Origin: Eledone cirrhosa
Taxonomy: Eukaryota
DNA length: 64,000 nucleotides
Assembly (NCBI GenBank): GCA_964016885.1
Contig: OZ024741.1
Span: 412,672,001-412,736,000, forward strand
Direction of reading: 5' to 3'
Shown piece after piece: positions 36,801-51,800 of this stretch; within the stretch, counting starts at the first letter, position 1, and each line of letters opens with the position of its first letter. Under the pieces are notes generated by a model, which did no database searches, was not told the origin of the DNA, and saw only the letters and a list, made by a program, of their open reading frames with translations. Both the position numbers and the translations under genes were made by a program.

Positions 36801-39800
36801 GTCTTGCTCAAGGACACAGTGGACTGGAACAACATGAAGTAAAGTGTCTTGCTCAAGGACACAGTGGACTGCAGCAATGTGAAGTAAAGTGTCTTGCTGA
36901 AGGTCACAGTGGACTGGAGCAATGTGAAATAAAGTGTCTTACTCAAGGGCACAGTGAACTGTAACAACATGAAGTAAAGTGTCTTGCTCAAGGACACAGT
37001 GGACTGGAGCAACATGAAGTAAAGTGTCTTGTTCAAGGACACAGTGGACTGGAGCAACATGAAGTAAAGTGTCTTGCTCAAGGACACAGTGAACTGGAAC
37101 ACATGAAATAAAGTACTTGCACAAGGACACAGTGGAGAGAAATAACATGAAATAAAGTGTCTTGCTCAAGGACACAATAAACTGGAGCAACATGAAATAA
37201 AATGTCTTGCTCAAGGACACAGTGGACTGGAGGAACATGAAGTAAAGTGTCTTGCTCAAGGACACAGTGGACTGGAACAACATGAAATAGACTGTCTTGC
37301 TCAAGGACACAGTGGACGGGAGCAACATGAAATAAAGTGTCTTGCTCAAGGACACAGTGAACTGTAACACATGAAATAAAGTGTCTTGCACAAGGACACA
37401 GTGGACTGGAACAACATGAAATAAAGTGTCTTGCTCAAGGACACAGTGGACTGAAGCAACATGAAGAAAAGTGTCTCGCTCAAGGACACAGTGGATTGGA
37501 GCAACATGAAGTAAAGTGTCTTGCTCAAGGACACAGTGGACTGGAGCAACATGAAATAAAGTGTCATGCTCAAGGACACAGTGGACTAGAACAACGTGAA
37601 ATAAAGTGTCTTGCTCAAGAACACAGTGAATTGGAGCAACATGAAGTAAAGTGTCTTGCTCAAGGACACAGTGGACTGGAGCAACATGAAGTAAAGTGTC
37701 TTGTTCAAGGACACAGTGGACTGGAGCAACATGAAGTAAAGTGTCTTATTCAAGGACACAGTGAACTGGAACACATGAAATAAAGTACTTGCACAAGGAC
37801 ACAGTGGAGAGAAATAACATGAAATAAAGTGTCTTGCTCAAGGACACAATAAACTGGAGCAACATGAAATAAAGAGTCTTGCTCAAGGACACAGTAGACT
37901 GGAGCAACATGAAGTAAAGTGTCTTGCTCAAGGACACAGTGGACTGGAGCAATGTGAAACAAGGTGTTTTGCTGAAGGACACAGTAAACTGGAGCAACAT
38001 GAAATAAAGTGTCTAGCTCAAGGACACAGTGGACTGGAGCAACATGAAGTAAAGTGTCTTGCTCAAGGAGACAGTGGACAGGAGTAACATGAAGTAAAGT
38101 GTCTTGCTCAAGGACACAGTGGACTGGAGTAATGTGAAGTAAAGTGTCTTGCTGAAGGTCACAGTGGACGGGAGCAATGTGAAATAAATTCTCTTGCTTA
38201 AGGACACAGAGAACTGGAGCAACATGAAGTAAAGTGTCTGGCTCAAGGACACAGTGTACTGGAGCAGCATGAAATAAAGTGTCTTGCTCAAGGACACAGT
38301 GGACTGGGGTAACATGAAGTAAAGTGTCTTACTCAAGGACACAGTCGCCTGGAGCAGTGTGAAGTAAAGTGTCTGGCTCAAGGACAGAGAGAACTGGAGC
38401 AACATGAAGTAAAGTGTCTTGCTCAAGGACACAGTGGACTGGAGCAACATGAAATAAAGTGTCTTGCTCAAGGACACAGTGGATTGGAGCAGCATGCAAT
38501 ATACTGTCTTGCTCAAGGACACAGTGGACTGGAGCAACATGAAGTAAAGTGTCTTGCTCAAGGACACAGTGGACTGCAGCAATGTGAAGTAGAGTGTCTT
38601 GTTGAAGGTCACAGTGGACTTGAGCAATGTGAAATAAAGTGTCTTACTCAAGGGCACGGAGAACTGGAACAACATGAAATAAAGTGTCTTGCTCAAGGAC
38701 ACAGTGGACTGGAACAACATGAAATAAAGTGTCTTGCTCAAGGACACAGTGGACTGGAACAACATGAAATAAAGTGTCTTGCTCAAGAACACAGTGAGCT
38801 GGAACAACAAGAAGTAAAGTGTCTTGCTCAAGGACACAGTGGACTGCACCAACACGAAGTAAGGTGTCTTGCTCAAGGACACAGTGGACTGGAACAACAT
38901 GAAATAAAGTGTCTTGCTCAAGAACACAGTGAACTGGAACAACATGAAGTAAAGTGTCTTGCTCAAGGACACAGTGGACTGCACCAACACGAAGTAAAAT
39001 GTCTTGCTCAAGGACACAGTGGACTGAAGCAACATGAAGTAAAGTGTCTTTTTCAAGGACACAGTGGACTGGAGCAACAAGAAGTAAAGTGTCTTGCTCA
39101 AGGACACAGTGAACTGGAACACATGAAATAAAGTGGCTTGCACAAGGACACAGTGGAGAGAAATAACATGAAATAAAGTGTCTTGCTCAAGGACACAATA
39201 CACTGGAGCAACATGAAGTAAAGTATCTTGCCCAAGGACACAGTGGACTGGAGCAACATGAAATAAAGAGTCTTGCTCAAGGACACGGTAGACTGTAGCA
39301 ACATGAAGTAAAGTGTCTTGCTCAAGGACACAGTGGACTGGAGCAATGTGAAATAAAGTGTTTTGCTGAAGGACACAGTAAACTGGAGCAACATGAAATA
39401 AAGTGTCTAGCTCAAGGACACAGTGGACTGGAGCAACATGAAGTAAAGTGTCATGCTCAAGGAGACAGTGGACAGGAGTAACATGAAGTAAAGTGTCTTT
39501 CTCAAGGACACGGTGGACTGGGGTAACATGAAGTAAAGTGTCTTGCTCAAGGACACAGTGGACTGGAGTAATGTGAATTAAAGTGTCTTGCTGAAGGTTA
39601 CAGTGGACGGGAGCAATGTGAAATAAATTCTCTTGCTTAAGGACACAGAGAACTGGAGCAACATGAAATAAAGTGTCTTGCTCAAGGACACAGTGGACTG
39701 GAGCAACATGAAGTAAAGTGTCTGGCTCAAGGACACAGTGTACTGGAGCTGCATGAAATAAAGTGTCTTGCTCAAGGACACAGTGGACTGGGGTAACATG

Positions 39801-42800
39801 AAGTAAAGTGTCTTACTCAAGGACATAGTCGCCTGGAGCAGTGTGAAGTAAAGTGTCTGGCTCAAGGACAGAGAGAACTGGAGCAACATGAAGTAAAGTG
39901 TCTTGCTCAAGGACACAGTGGACTGGAGCAACATAAAGTAAAGTGTCTTGCTCAAGGACACAGTGGATTGGAGCAGCATGCAATATACTGTCGTGCTCAA
40001 GGACACAGTGGACTGGAGCAACATGAAGTAAACTGTCTTGCTGAAGGACACAGTGGACTGGAGCAACATGAAGTAAATAGTCTTGCTCAAGGACACAGTG
40101 GACTGGAACAACATGAAGTAAAGTGTCTTGCTCAAGGACACAGTGGACTGCAGCAATGTGAAGTAAAGTGTCTTGCTGAAGGTCACAGTGGACTGGAGCA
40201 ATGTGAAATAAAGTGTCTTACTCAAGGGCACAGTGAACTGTAACAACATGAAGTAAATGTCTTGCTCAAGGACACAGTGGACTGCACCAACACGAAGTAA
40301 GGTGTCTTGCCCAAGGACACAGTGGACTGAAGCAACATGAAGTAAAGTGTCTTGTTCAAGGACACAATGGACTGGAACAACATGAAATAAAGTGTCTTGC
40401 TCAAGATCAAAGTGGACTGGAGCAACATGAAGTAAAGTGTCTTGCTCAAGGACACAGTGGACTGCACCAACACGAAGTAAGGTGTCTTGCTCAAGGACAC
40501 AGTGGACTGAAGCAACATGAAGTAAAGTGTCTTGATCAAGGACACAATGGACTGGAACAACATGAAATAAAGTGTCTTGCTCAAGAACACAGTAAACTGG
40601 TGCAACATGAAGTAAAATGTCTTGCTCAAGGACACAGTGGACTGGAACAACACGAAGTAAGGTGTCTTGCTCAAGGACACAGTGGACCGGAGCAACATGA
40701 AATTAAGTGTCTTGCACAAGGACACAGTGGACTGGAACAAGATGAAATAAAGTGTCTTGCTCAAGGACACAATGGACTGAAGCAACATAAATTAAAGTGT
40801 CTCGCTGAAGGACACAGTGGACTGGAGCAACATAAAATAAAGTGTCTTGCTCAAAGACACAGTGGACTGGAACAACATGAAATAAAGTGTCTTGCTCAAG
40901 AACACAGTGAACTGGAGCAACATGAAGTAAAGTGTCCTACTTAAGGACACAGTGGACTGGAGCAACATGAAGTAAAGTGTCTTGCTCAAGGACACAGTGG
41001 ACTGGAGCAACATGAAGTAAAGTGTCTTGCTCAAGGACACAGTGGACTGGAACAACATGAAATAGACTGTCTTGCTCAAGGACACAGTGGACGGGAGCAA
41101 CATGAAGTAAAGTGTCTTGCGCAAGGACACAGTGTACTGGAGCAACATGAAATAAATTGTCTTGCTCAAGGACAGAGTGGACTGGAGCAGCATGCAATAG
41201 AGGGTCTTGCTCAAGGGCACAGTGAACCGGAGCAACATGAAATAAAGTGTCTTGCTCAAGGACACAGTGGACTGGAGCAATGTAAAATAAAGTGACTGGC
41301 TGAATATCACAGTGGACTAGAGCAATGTGAAATAGAGTGTCTTGCTCACGGGCACAGAGAACTGGAGCCACATAAAGTAAAGTGTCTTGTTGAGGGTCAC
41401 AGTGGACTAGGGCAATGTGAAATAAAGTGTCTTGCTGAAGGACACTGTGGACTAGAGCAATATGAAATAAAGTGTCTTGCTGAAGGACACAATGGACTGG
41501 AGCAACCTGAAATAAAGTGTCTTGCTCAAGGACACAGAGAACTGGAGCCACATGAAGTAAAGTGTCTTGCTCAAGGACACAGTGGACTGGAGCAATGTGA
41601 AGTAAAGTGTCTTGCTGAAGGACACAGTGGACTAGAGCAATGTGAAATAAAGTGTCTGTCTCAAGGACACAGTGGACTGGAGCAACCTGAAATGAAGTGT
41701 CTTGCTCAAGGACACAGAGAACTGGAGCCACATAAAGTAAAGTGTCTTGCTCAAGGACACAGTGGACTGGAGCAATGTGAAGTAAAGTGTCTTGCTCAAG
41801 GACACAGTGGACTGCACCAACACGAAGTAAGGTGTCTTGCTCAAGGACACAGTGGACTGGAGCAACATGAAATAAAGTGTCTTGCTCAAGAACACAGTGA
41901 TCTGGAACACATGCAATAAGGTGTCTTGCACAAGGACACAGTGGCCTGGAACAACATGAAGTAAAGTGTCTTGCTCAAGGACACAGTGGACTGGAGCAAC
42001 ATGAAGTAAAGTGTTTTGCTGAAGGTCACAGTGGACTGGAGCAACCTGAAATAACGTGTCTTGCTCAAGGACACAGAGAACTGGAGCCACATGAAGTAAA
42101 GTGTCTTGCTCAAGGACACAGAGAACTGGAGCCACATGAAGTAAAGTGTCTTGCTGAAGGACACAGTGGACTGGAGCAGCATGAAATAATGTGTCTTGCT
42201 CAAGGACAAAGTGGACTGGAGCAACATGAAATAAAGTGTCTTGCTCATGGACACAGTGGACTTGAGTAACATGAAATAAAGTGTCTTGCACAAGGACACA
42301 GTGGACTGGTGCAGCATGATATAAAGTGTCTTGCTCAAGGACAGAGTGGACTGGGCTAACATGATGTAAAGTGTCTTGCTCCAGGATACAGTGGACTGGA
42401 GCAACAGGAAATAAACTGTCTTGCTAAAGGGCACAGTGGACTGGAACAAGATGAAATAAAGTGTCTTGCTCAAGGACACAATGGACTGGAGCAACATGAA
42501 GTAAAGTGTCTTGTTCAAGGACACAGTGGACTGGAGCAACATGAAGTAAAGTGTCTTGCTCAAGGACACAGTGAACTGGAACACATGAAATAAAGTACTT
42601 GCACAAGGACACAGTGGAGAGAAATAACATGAAATAAAGTGTCTTGCTCAAGGACACAATAAACTGGAGCAACATGAAATAAAGAGTCTTGCTCAAGGAC
42701 ACAGTAGACTGGAGCAACATGAAGTAAAGTGTCTTGCTCAAGGACACAGTGGACTGGAGCAATGTGAAACAAGGTGTTTTGCTGAAGGACACAGTAAACT

Positions 42801-45800
42801 GGAGCAACATGAAATAAAGTGTCTAGCTCAAGGACACAGTGGACTGGAGCAACATGAAGTAAAGTGTCTTGCTCAAGGAGACAGTGGACAGGAGTAACAT
42901 GAAGTAAAGTGTCTTGCTCAAGGACACAGTGGACTGGAGTAATGTGAAGTAAAGTGTCTTGCTGAAGGTCACAGTGGACGGGAGCAATGTGAAATAAATT
43001 CTCTTGCTTAAGGACACAGAGAACTGGAGCAACATGAAGTAAAGTGTCTGGCTCAAGGACACAGTGTACTGGAGCAGCATGAAATAAAGTGTCTTGCTCA
43101 AGGACACAGTGGACTGGGGTAACATGAAGTAAAGTGTCTTACTCAAGGACACAGTCGCCTGGAGCAGTGTGAAGTAAAGTGTCTGGCTCAAGGACAGAGA
43201 GAACTGGAGCAACATGAAGTAAAGTGTCTTGCTCAAGGACACAGTGGACTGGAGCAACATGAAATAAAGTGTCTTGCTCAAGGACACAGTGGATTGGAGC
43301 AGCATGCAATATACTGTCTTGCTCAAGGACACAGTGGACTGGAGCAACATGAAGTAAAGTGTCTTGCTCAAGGACACAGTGGACTGCAGCAATGTGAAGT
43401 AGAGTGTCTTGTTGAAGGTCACAGTGGACTTGAGCAATGTGAAATAAAGTGTCTTACTCAAGGGCACGGAGAACTGGAGCAACATGAAATAAAGTGTCTT
43501 GCTCAAGGACACAGTGGACTGGAACAACGTGAAATAAAGTGTCTTGCTCAAGAACACAGTGAATTGGAGCAACATGAAGTAAAGTGTCTTGCTCAAGGAC
43601 ACAGTGGACTGGAGTAATGTGAAGTAAAGTGTCTTGCTGAAGGTTACAGTGGACGGGAGCAATGTGAAGTAAATTCTCTTGCTTAAGGACACAGAGAACT
43701 GGAGCAACATGAAATAAAGTGTCTTGCTCAAGGACACAGTGGACTGGAGCAACATGAAGTAAAGTGTCTGGCTCAAGGACACAGTGTACTGGAGCTGCAT
43801 GAAATAAAGTGTCTTGCTCAAGGACACAGTGGACTGGGGTAACATGAAGTAAAGTGTCTTACTCAAGAACATAGTCGCCTGGAGCAGTGTGAAGTAAAGT
43901 GTCTGGCTCAAGGACAGAGAGAACTGGAGCAACATGAAGTAAAGTGTCTTGCTCAAGGACACAGTGGACTGGAGCAACATGAAGTAAAGTGTCTTGCTCA
44001 AGGACACAGTGGATTGGAGCAGCATGCAATATACTGTCGTGCTCAAGGACACAGTGGACTGGAGCAACATGAAGTAAACTGTCTTGCTGAAGGACACAGT
44101 GGACTGGAGCAACATGAAGTAAATAGTCTTGCTCAAGGACACAGTGGACTGGAACAACATGAAGTAAAGTGTCTTGCTCAAGGACACAGTGGACTGCAGC
44201 AATGTGAAGTAAAGTGTCTTGCTGAAGGTCACAGTGGACTGGAGCAATGTGAAATAAAGTGTCTTACTCAAGGGCACAGTGAACTGTAACAACATGAAGT
44301 AAAGTGTCTTGCTCAAGGACACAGTGGACTGGAGCAACATGAAGTAAAGTGTCTTGTTCAAGGACACAGTGGACTGGAGCAACATGAAGTAAAGTGTCTT
44401 GCTCAAGGACACAGTGAACTGGAACACATGAAATAAAGTACTTGCACAAGGACACAGTGGAGAGAAATAACATGAAATAAAGTGTCTTGCTCAAGGACAC
44501 AATAAACTGGAGCAACATGAAATAAAGAGTCTTGCTCAAGGACACAGTGGACTGGAGGAACATGAAGTAAAGTGTCTTGCTCAAGGACACAGTGGACTGG
44601 AACAACATGAAATAGACTGTCTTGCTCAAGGACACAGTGGACGGGAGCAACATGAAATAAAGTGTCTTGCTCAAGGACACAGTGAACTGTAACACATGAA
44701 ATAAAGTGTCTTGCACAAGGACACAGTGGACTGGAACAACATGAAATAAAGTGTCTTGCTCAAGGACACAGTGGACTGAAGCAACATGAAGAAAAGTGTC
44801 TCGCTCAAGGACACAGTGGATTGGAGCAACATGAAGTAAAGTGTCTTGCTCAAGGACACAGTGGACTGGAGCAACATGAAATAAAGTGTCATGCTCAAGG
44901 ACACAGTGGACTGGAACAACGTGAAATAAAGTGTCTTGCTCAAGAACACAGTGAATTGGAGCAACATGAAGTAAAGTGTCTTGCTCAAGGACACAGTGGA
45001 CTGGAGCAACATGAAGTAAAGTGTCTTGTTCAAGGACACAGTGGACTGGAGCAACATGAAGTAAAGTGTCTTGCTCAAGGACACAGTGAACTGGAACACA
45101 TGAAATAAAGTACTTGCACAAGGACACAGTGGAGAGAAATAACATGAAATAAAGTGTCTTGCTCAAGGACACAATAAACTGGAGCAACATGAAATAAAGA
45201 GTCTTGCTCAAGGACACAGTAGACTGGAGCAACATGAAGTAAAGTGTCTTGCTCAAGGACACAGTGGACTGGAGCAATGTGAAACAAGGTGTTTTGCTGA
45301 AGGACACAGTAAACTGGAGCAACATGAAATAAAGTGTCTAGCTCAAGGACACAGTGGACTGGAGCAACATGAAGTAAAGTGTCTTGCTCAAGGAGACAGT
45401 GGACAGGAGTAACATGAAGTAAAGTGTCTTGCTCAAGGACACAGTGGACTGGAGTAATGTGAAGTAAAGTGTCTTGCTGAAGGTCACAGTGGACGGGAGC
45501 AATGTGAAATAAATTCTCTTGCTTAAGGACACAGAGAACTGGAGCAACATGAAGTAAAGTGTCTGGCTCAAGGACACAGTGTACTGGAGCAGCATGAAAT
45601 AAAGTGTCTTGCTCAAGGACACAGTGGACTGGGGTAACATGAAGTAAAGTGTCTTACTCAAGGACACAGTCGCCTGGAGCAGTGTGAAGTAAAGTGTCTG
45701 GCTCAAGGACAGAGAGAACTGGAGCAACATGAAGTAAAGTGTCTTGCTCAAGGACACAGTGGACTGGAGCAACGTGAAATAAAGTGTCTTGCTCAAGGAC

Positions 45801-48800
45801 ACAGTGGATTGGAGCAGCATGCAATATATTGTCTTGCTCAAGGACACAGTGGACTGGAGCAACATGAAGTAAAGTGTCTTGCTCAAGGACACAGTGGACT
45901 GCAGCAATGTGAAGTAGAGTGTCTTGTTGAAGGTCACAGTGGACTTGAGCAATGTGAAATAAAGTGTCTTACTCAAGGGCACGGAGAACTGGAACAACAT
46001 GAAATAAAGTGTCTTGCTCAAGGACACAGTGGACTGGAACAACATGAAATAAAGTGTCTTGCTCAAGGACACAGTGGACTGGAACAACATGAAATAAAGT
46101 GTCTTGCTCAAGAACACAGTGAGCTGGAACAACAAGAAGTAAAGTGTCTTGCTCAAGGACACAGTGGACTGCACCAACACGAAGTAAGGTGTCTTGCTCA
46201 AGGACACAGTGGACTGGAACAACATGAAATAAAGTGTCTTGCTCAAGAACACAGTGAACTGGAACAACATGAAGTAAAGTGTCTTGCTCAAGGACACAGT
46301 GGACTGCACCAACACGAAGTAAAATGTCTTGCTCAAGGACACAGTGGACTGAAGCAACATGAAGTAAAGTGTCTTTTTCAAGGACACAGTGGACTGGAGC
46401 AACAAGAAGTAAAGTGTCTTGCTCAAGGACACAGTGAACTGGAACACATGAAATAAAGTGGCTTGCACAAGGACACAGTGGAGAGAAATAACATGAAATA
46501 AAGTGTCTTGCTCAAGGACACAATACACTGGAGCAACATGAAGTAAAGTATCTTGCCCAAGGACACAGTGGACTGGAGCAACATGAAATAAAGAGTCTTG
46601 CTCAAGGACACGGTAGACTGTAGCAACATGAAGTAAAGTGTCTTGCTCAAGGACACAGTGGACTGGAGCAATGTGAAATAAAGTGTTTTGCTGAAGGACA
46701 CAGTAAACTGGAGCAACATGAAATAAAGTGTCTAGCTCAAGGACACAGTGGACTGGAGCAACATGAAGTAAAGTGTCATGCTCAAGGAGACAGTGGACAG
46801 GAGTAACATGAAGTAAAGTGTCTTTCTCAAGGACACGGTGGACTGGGGTAACATGAAGTAAAGTGTCTTGCTCAAGGACACAGTGGACTGGAGTAATGTG
46901 AATTAAAGTGTCTTGCTGAAGGTTACAGTGGACGGGAGCAATGTGAAATAAATTCTCTTGCTTAAGGACACAGAGAACTGGAGCAACATGAAATAAAGTG
47001 TCTTGCTCAAGGACACAGTGGACTGGAGCAACATGAAGTAAAGTGTCTGGCTCAAGGACACAGTGTACTGGAGCTGCATGAAATAAAGTGTCTTGCTCAA
47101 GGACACAGTGGACTGGGGTAACATGAAGTAAAGTGTCTTACTCAAGGACATAGTCGCCTGGAGCAGTGTGAAGTAAAGTGTCTGGCTCAAGGACAGAGAG
47201 AACTGGAGCAACATGAAGTAAAGTGTCTTGCTCAAGGACACAGTGGACTGGAGCAACATAAAGTAAAGTGTCTTGCTCAAGGACACAGTGGATTGGAGCA
47301 GCATGCAATATACTGTCGTGCTCAAGGACACAGTGGACTGGAGCAACATGAAGTAAACTGTCTTGCTGAAGGACACAGTGGACTGGAGCAACATGAAGTA
47401 AATAGTCTTGCTCAAGGACACAGTGGACTGGAACAACATGAAGTAAAGTGTCTTGCTCAAGGACACAGTGGACTGCAGCAATGTGAAGTAAAGTGTCTTG
47501 CTGAAGGTCACAGTGGACTGGAGCAATGTGAAATAAAGTGTCTTACTCAAGGGCACAGTGAACTGTAACAACATGAAGTAAATGTCTTGCTCAAGGACAC
47601 AGTGGACTGCACCAACACGAAGTAAGGTGTCTTGCCCAAGGACACAGTGGACTGAAGCAACATGAAGTAAAGTGTCTTGTTCTAGGACACAATGGACTGG
47701 AACAACATGAAATAAAGTGTCTTGCTCAAGATCAAAGTGGACTGGAGCAACATGAAGTAAAGTGTCTTGCTCAAGGACACAGTGGACTGCACCAACACGA
47801 AGTAAGGTGTCTTGCTCAAGGACACAGTGGACTGAAGCAACATGAAGTAAAGTGTCTTGATCAAGGACACAATGGATTGGAACAACATGAAATAAAGTGT
47901 CTTGCTCAAGAACACAGTAAACTGGAGCAACATGAAGTAAAATGTCTTGCTCAAGGACACAGTGGACTGGAACAACACGAAGTAAGGTGTCTTGCTCAAG
48001 GACACAGTGGACCGGAGCAACATGAAATTAAGTGTCTTGCACAAGGACACAGTGGACTGGAACAAGATGAAATAAAGTGTCTTGCTCAAGGACACAATGG
48101 ACTGAAGCAACATAAATTAAAGTGTCTCGCTCAAGGACACAGTGGACTGGAGCAACATGAAATAAAGTGTCTTGCTCAAAGACACAGTGGACTGGAACAA
48201 CATGAAATAAAGTGTCTTGCTCAAGAACACAGTGAACTGGAGCAACATGACGTAAAGTGTCCTACTTAAGGACACAGTGGACTGGAGCAACATGAAGTAA
48301 AGTGTCTTGCTCAAGGACACAGTGGACTGGAGCAACATGAAGTAAAGTGTCTTGCTCAAGGACACAGTGGACTGGAACAACATGAAATAGACTGTCTTGC
48401 TCAAGGACACAGTGGACGGGAGCAACATGAAGTAAAGTGTCTTGCGCAAGGACACAGTGTACTGGAGCAACATGAAATAAATTGTCTTGCTCAAGGACAG
48501 AGTGGACTGGAGCAGCATGCAATAGAGGGTCTTGCTCAAGGGCACAGTGAACCGGAGCAACATGAAATAAAGTGTCTTGCTCAAGGACACAGTGGACTGG
48601 AGCAATGTAAAATAAAGTGACTGGCTGAATATCACAGTGGACTAGAGCAATGTGAAATAGAGTGTCTTGCTCACGGGCACAGAGAACTGGAGCCACATAA
48701 AGTAAAGTGTCTTGTTGAGGGTCACAGTGGACTAGGGCAATGTGAAATAAAGTGTCTTGCTGAAGGACACTGTGGACTAGAGCAATATGAAATAAAGTGT

Positions 48801-51800
48801 CTTGCTGAAGGACACAATGGACTGGAGCAACCTGAAATAAAGTGTCTTGCTCAAGGACACAGAGAACTGGAGCCACATGAAGTAAAGTGTCTTGCTCAAG
48901 GACACAGTGGACTGGAGCAATGTGAAGTAAAGTGTCTTGCTGAAGGACACAGTGGACTAGAGCAATGTGAAATAAAGTGTCTGTCTCAAGGACACAGTGG
49001 ACTGGAGCAACCTGAAATGAAGTGTCTTGCTCAAGGACACAGAGAACTGGAGCCACATAAAGTAAAGTGTCTTGCTCAAGGACACAGTGGACTGGAGCAA
49101 TGTGAAGTAAAGTGTCTTGCTCAAGGACACAGTGGACTGCACCAACACGAAGTAAGGTGTCTTGCTCAAGGACACAGTGGACTGGAGCAACATGAAATAA
49201 AGTGTCTTGCTCAAGAACACAGTGATCTGGAACACATGCAATAAGGTGTCTTGCACAAGGACACAGTGGCCTGGAACAACATGAAGTAAAGTGTCTTGCT
49301 CAAGGACACAGTGGACTTGAGCAACATGAAGTAAAGTGTTTTGCTGAAGGTCACAGTGGACTGGAGCAACCTGAAATAACGTGTCTTGCTCAAGGACACA
49401 GAGAACTGGAGCCACATGAAGTAAAGTGTCTTGCTCAAGGACACAGAGAACTGGAGCCACATGAAGTAAAGTGTCTTGCTGAAGGACACAGTGGACTGGA
49501 GCAGCATGAAATAATGTGTCTTGCTCAAGGACAAAGTGGACTGGAGCAACATGAAATAAAGTGTCTTGCTCATGGACACAGTGGACTTGAGTAACATGAA
49601 ATAAAGTGTCTTGCACAAGGACACAGTGCACTGGGCTAACATGATGTAAAGTGTCTTGCTCAAGGACACAGTGGACTGGAGCAACAGGAAATAAACTGTC
49701 TTGATCAAGGACACAGTGGACTGGAGCAACATGAAGTAAAGTGTCTTGGTCAAGGACACAGTGGACTGGAGCAACATGAAATAAAGTGTCTTGCTTAAGG
49801 ACACAGTGTACTGGAGCAACATGAAATAAAGTGTCTTGCTTAAGGAGACTGTGGACTGGAGCAACATGAAATAAAGTGTCTTGCTTAAGGAGACTGTGGA
49901 CTGGAGCAACATGAAATAAAGTGTCTTGCTCAAGGACACAGTGCACTGGAGCAACATAAAGTAAAGTGTCTTGCTCAAGGACACAGTGGATTGGAGCAGC
50001 ATGCAATATACTGTCGTGCTCAAGGACACAGTGGACTGGAGCAACATGAAGTAAACTGTCTTGCTGAAGGACACAGTGGACTGGAGCAACATGAAGTAAA
50101 TAGTCTTGCTCAAGGACACAGTGGACTGGAACAACATGAAGTAAAGTGTATTGCTCAAGGACACAGTGGACTGCAGCAATGTGAAGTAAAGTGTCTTGCT
50201 GAAGGTCACAGTGGACTGGAGCAATGTGAAATAAAGTGTCTTACTCAAGGGCACAGTGAACTGTAACAACATGAAGTAAATGTCTTGCTCAAGGACACAG
50301 TGGACTGCACCAACACGAAGTAAGGTGTCTTGCCCAAGGACACAGTGGACTGAAGCAACATGAAGTAAAGTGTCTTGTTCAAGGACACAATGGACTGGAA
50401 CAACATGAAATAAAGTGTCTTGCTCAAGATCAAAGTGGACTGGAGCAACATGAAGTAAAGTGTCTTGCTCAAGGACACAGTGGACTGCACCAACACGAAG
50501 TAAGGTGTCTTGCTCAAGGACACAGTGGACTGAAGCAACATGAAGTAAAGTGTCTTGATCAAGGACACAATGGACTGGAACAACATGAAATAAAGTGTCT
50601 TGCTCAAGAACACAGTAAACTGGAGCAACATGAAGTAAAATGTCTTGCTCAAGGACACAGTGGACTGGAACAACACGAAGTAAGGTGTCTTGCTCAAGGA
50701 CACAGTGGACCGGAGCAACATGAAATTAAGTGTCTTGCACAAGGACACAGTGGACTGGAACAAGATGAAATAAAGTGTCTTGCTCAAGGACACAATGGAC
50801 TGAAGCAACATAAATTAAAGTGTCTCGCTCAAGGACACAGTGGACTGGAGCAACATGAAATAAAGTGTCTTGCTCAAAGACACAGTGGACTGGAACAACA
50901 TGAAATAAAGTGTCTTGCTCAAGAACACAGTGAACTGGAGCAACATGAAGTAAAGTGTCCTACTTAAGGACACAGTGGACTGGAGCAACATGAAGTAAAG
51001 TGTCTTGCTCAAGGACACAGTGGACTGGAGCAACATGAAGTAAAGTGTCTTGCTCAAGGACACAGTGGACTGGAACAACATGAAATAGACTGTCTTGCTC
51101 AAGGACACAGTGGACGGGAGCAACATGAAGTAAAGTGTCTTGCGCAAGGACACAGTGTACTGGAGCAACATGAAATAAATTGTCTTGCTCAAGGACAGAG
51201 TGGACTGGAGCAGCATGCAATAGAGGGTCTTGCTCAAGGGCACAGTGAACCGGAGCAACATGAAATAAAGTGTCTTGCTCAAGGACACAGTGGACTGGAG
51301 CAATGTAAAATAAAGTGACTGGCTGAATATCACAGTGGACTAGAGCAATGTGAAATAGAGTGTCTTGCTCACGGGCACAGAGAACTGGAGCCACATAAAG
51401 TAAAGTGTCTTGTTGAGGGTCACAGTGGACTAGGGCAATGTGAAATAAAGTGTCTTGCTGAAGGACACTGTGGACTAGAGCAATATGAAATAAAGTGTCT
51501 TGCTGAAGGACACAATGGACTGGAGCAACCTGAAATAAAGTGTCTTGCTCAAGGACACAGAGAACTGGAGCCACATGAAGTAAAGTGTCTTGCTCAAGGA
51601 CACAGTGGACTGGAGCAATGTGAAGTAAAGTGTCTTGCTGAAGGACACAGTGGACTAGAGCAATGTGAAATAAAGTGTCTGTCTCAAGGACACAGTGGAC
51701 TGGAGCAACCTGAAATGAAGTGTCTTGCTCAAGGACACAGAGAACTGGAGCCACATAAAGTAAAGTGTCTTGCTCAAGGACACAGTGGACTGGAGCAATG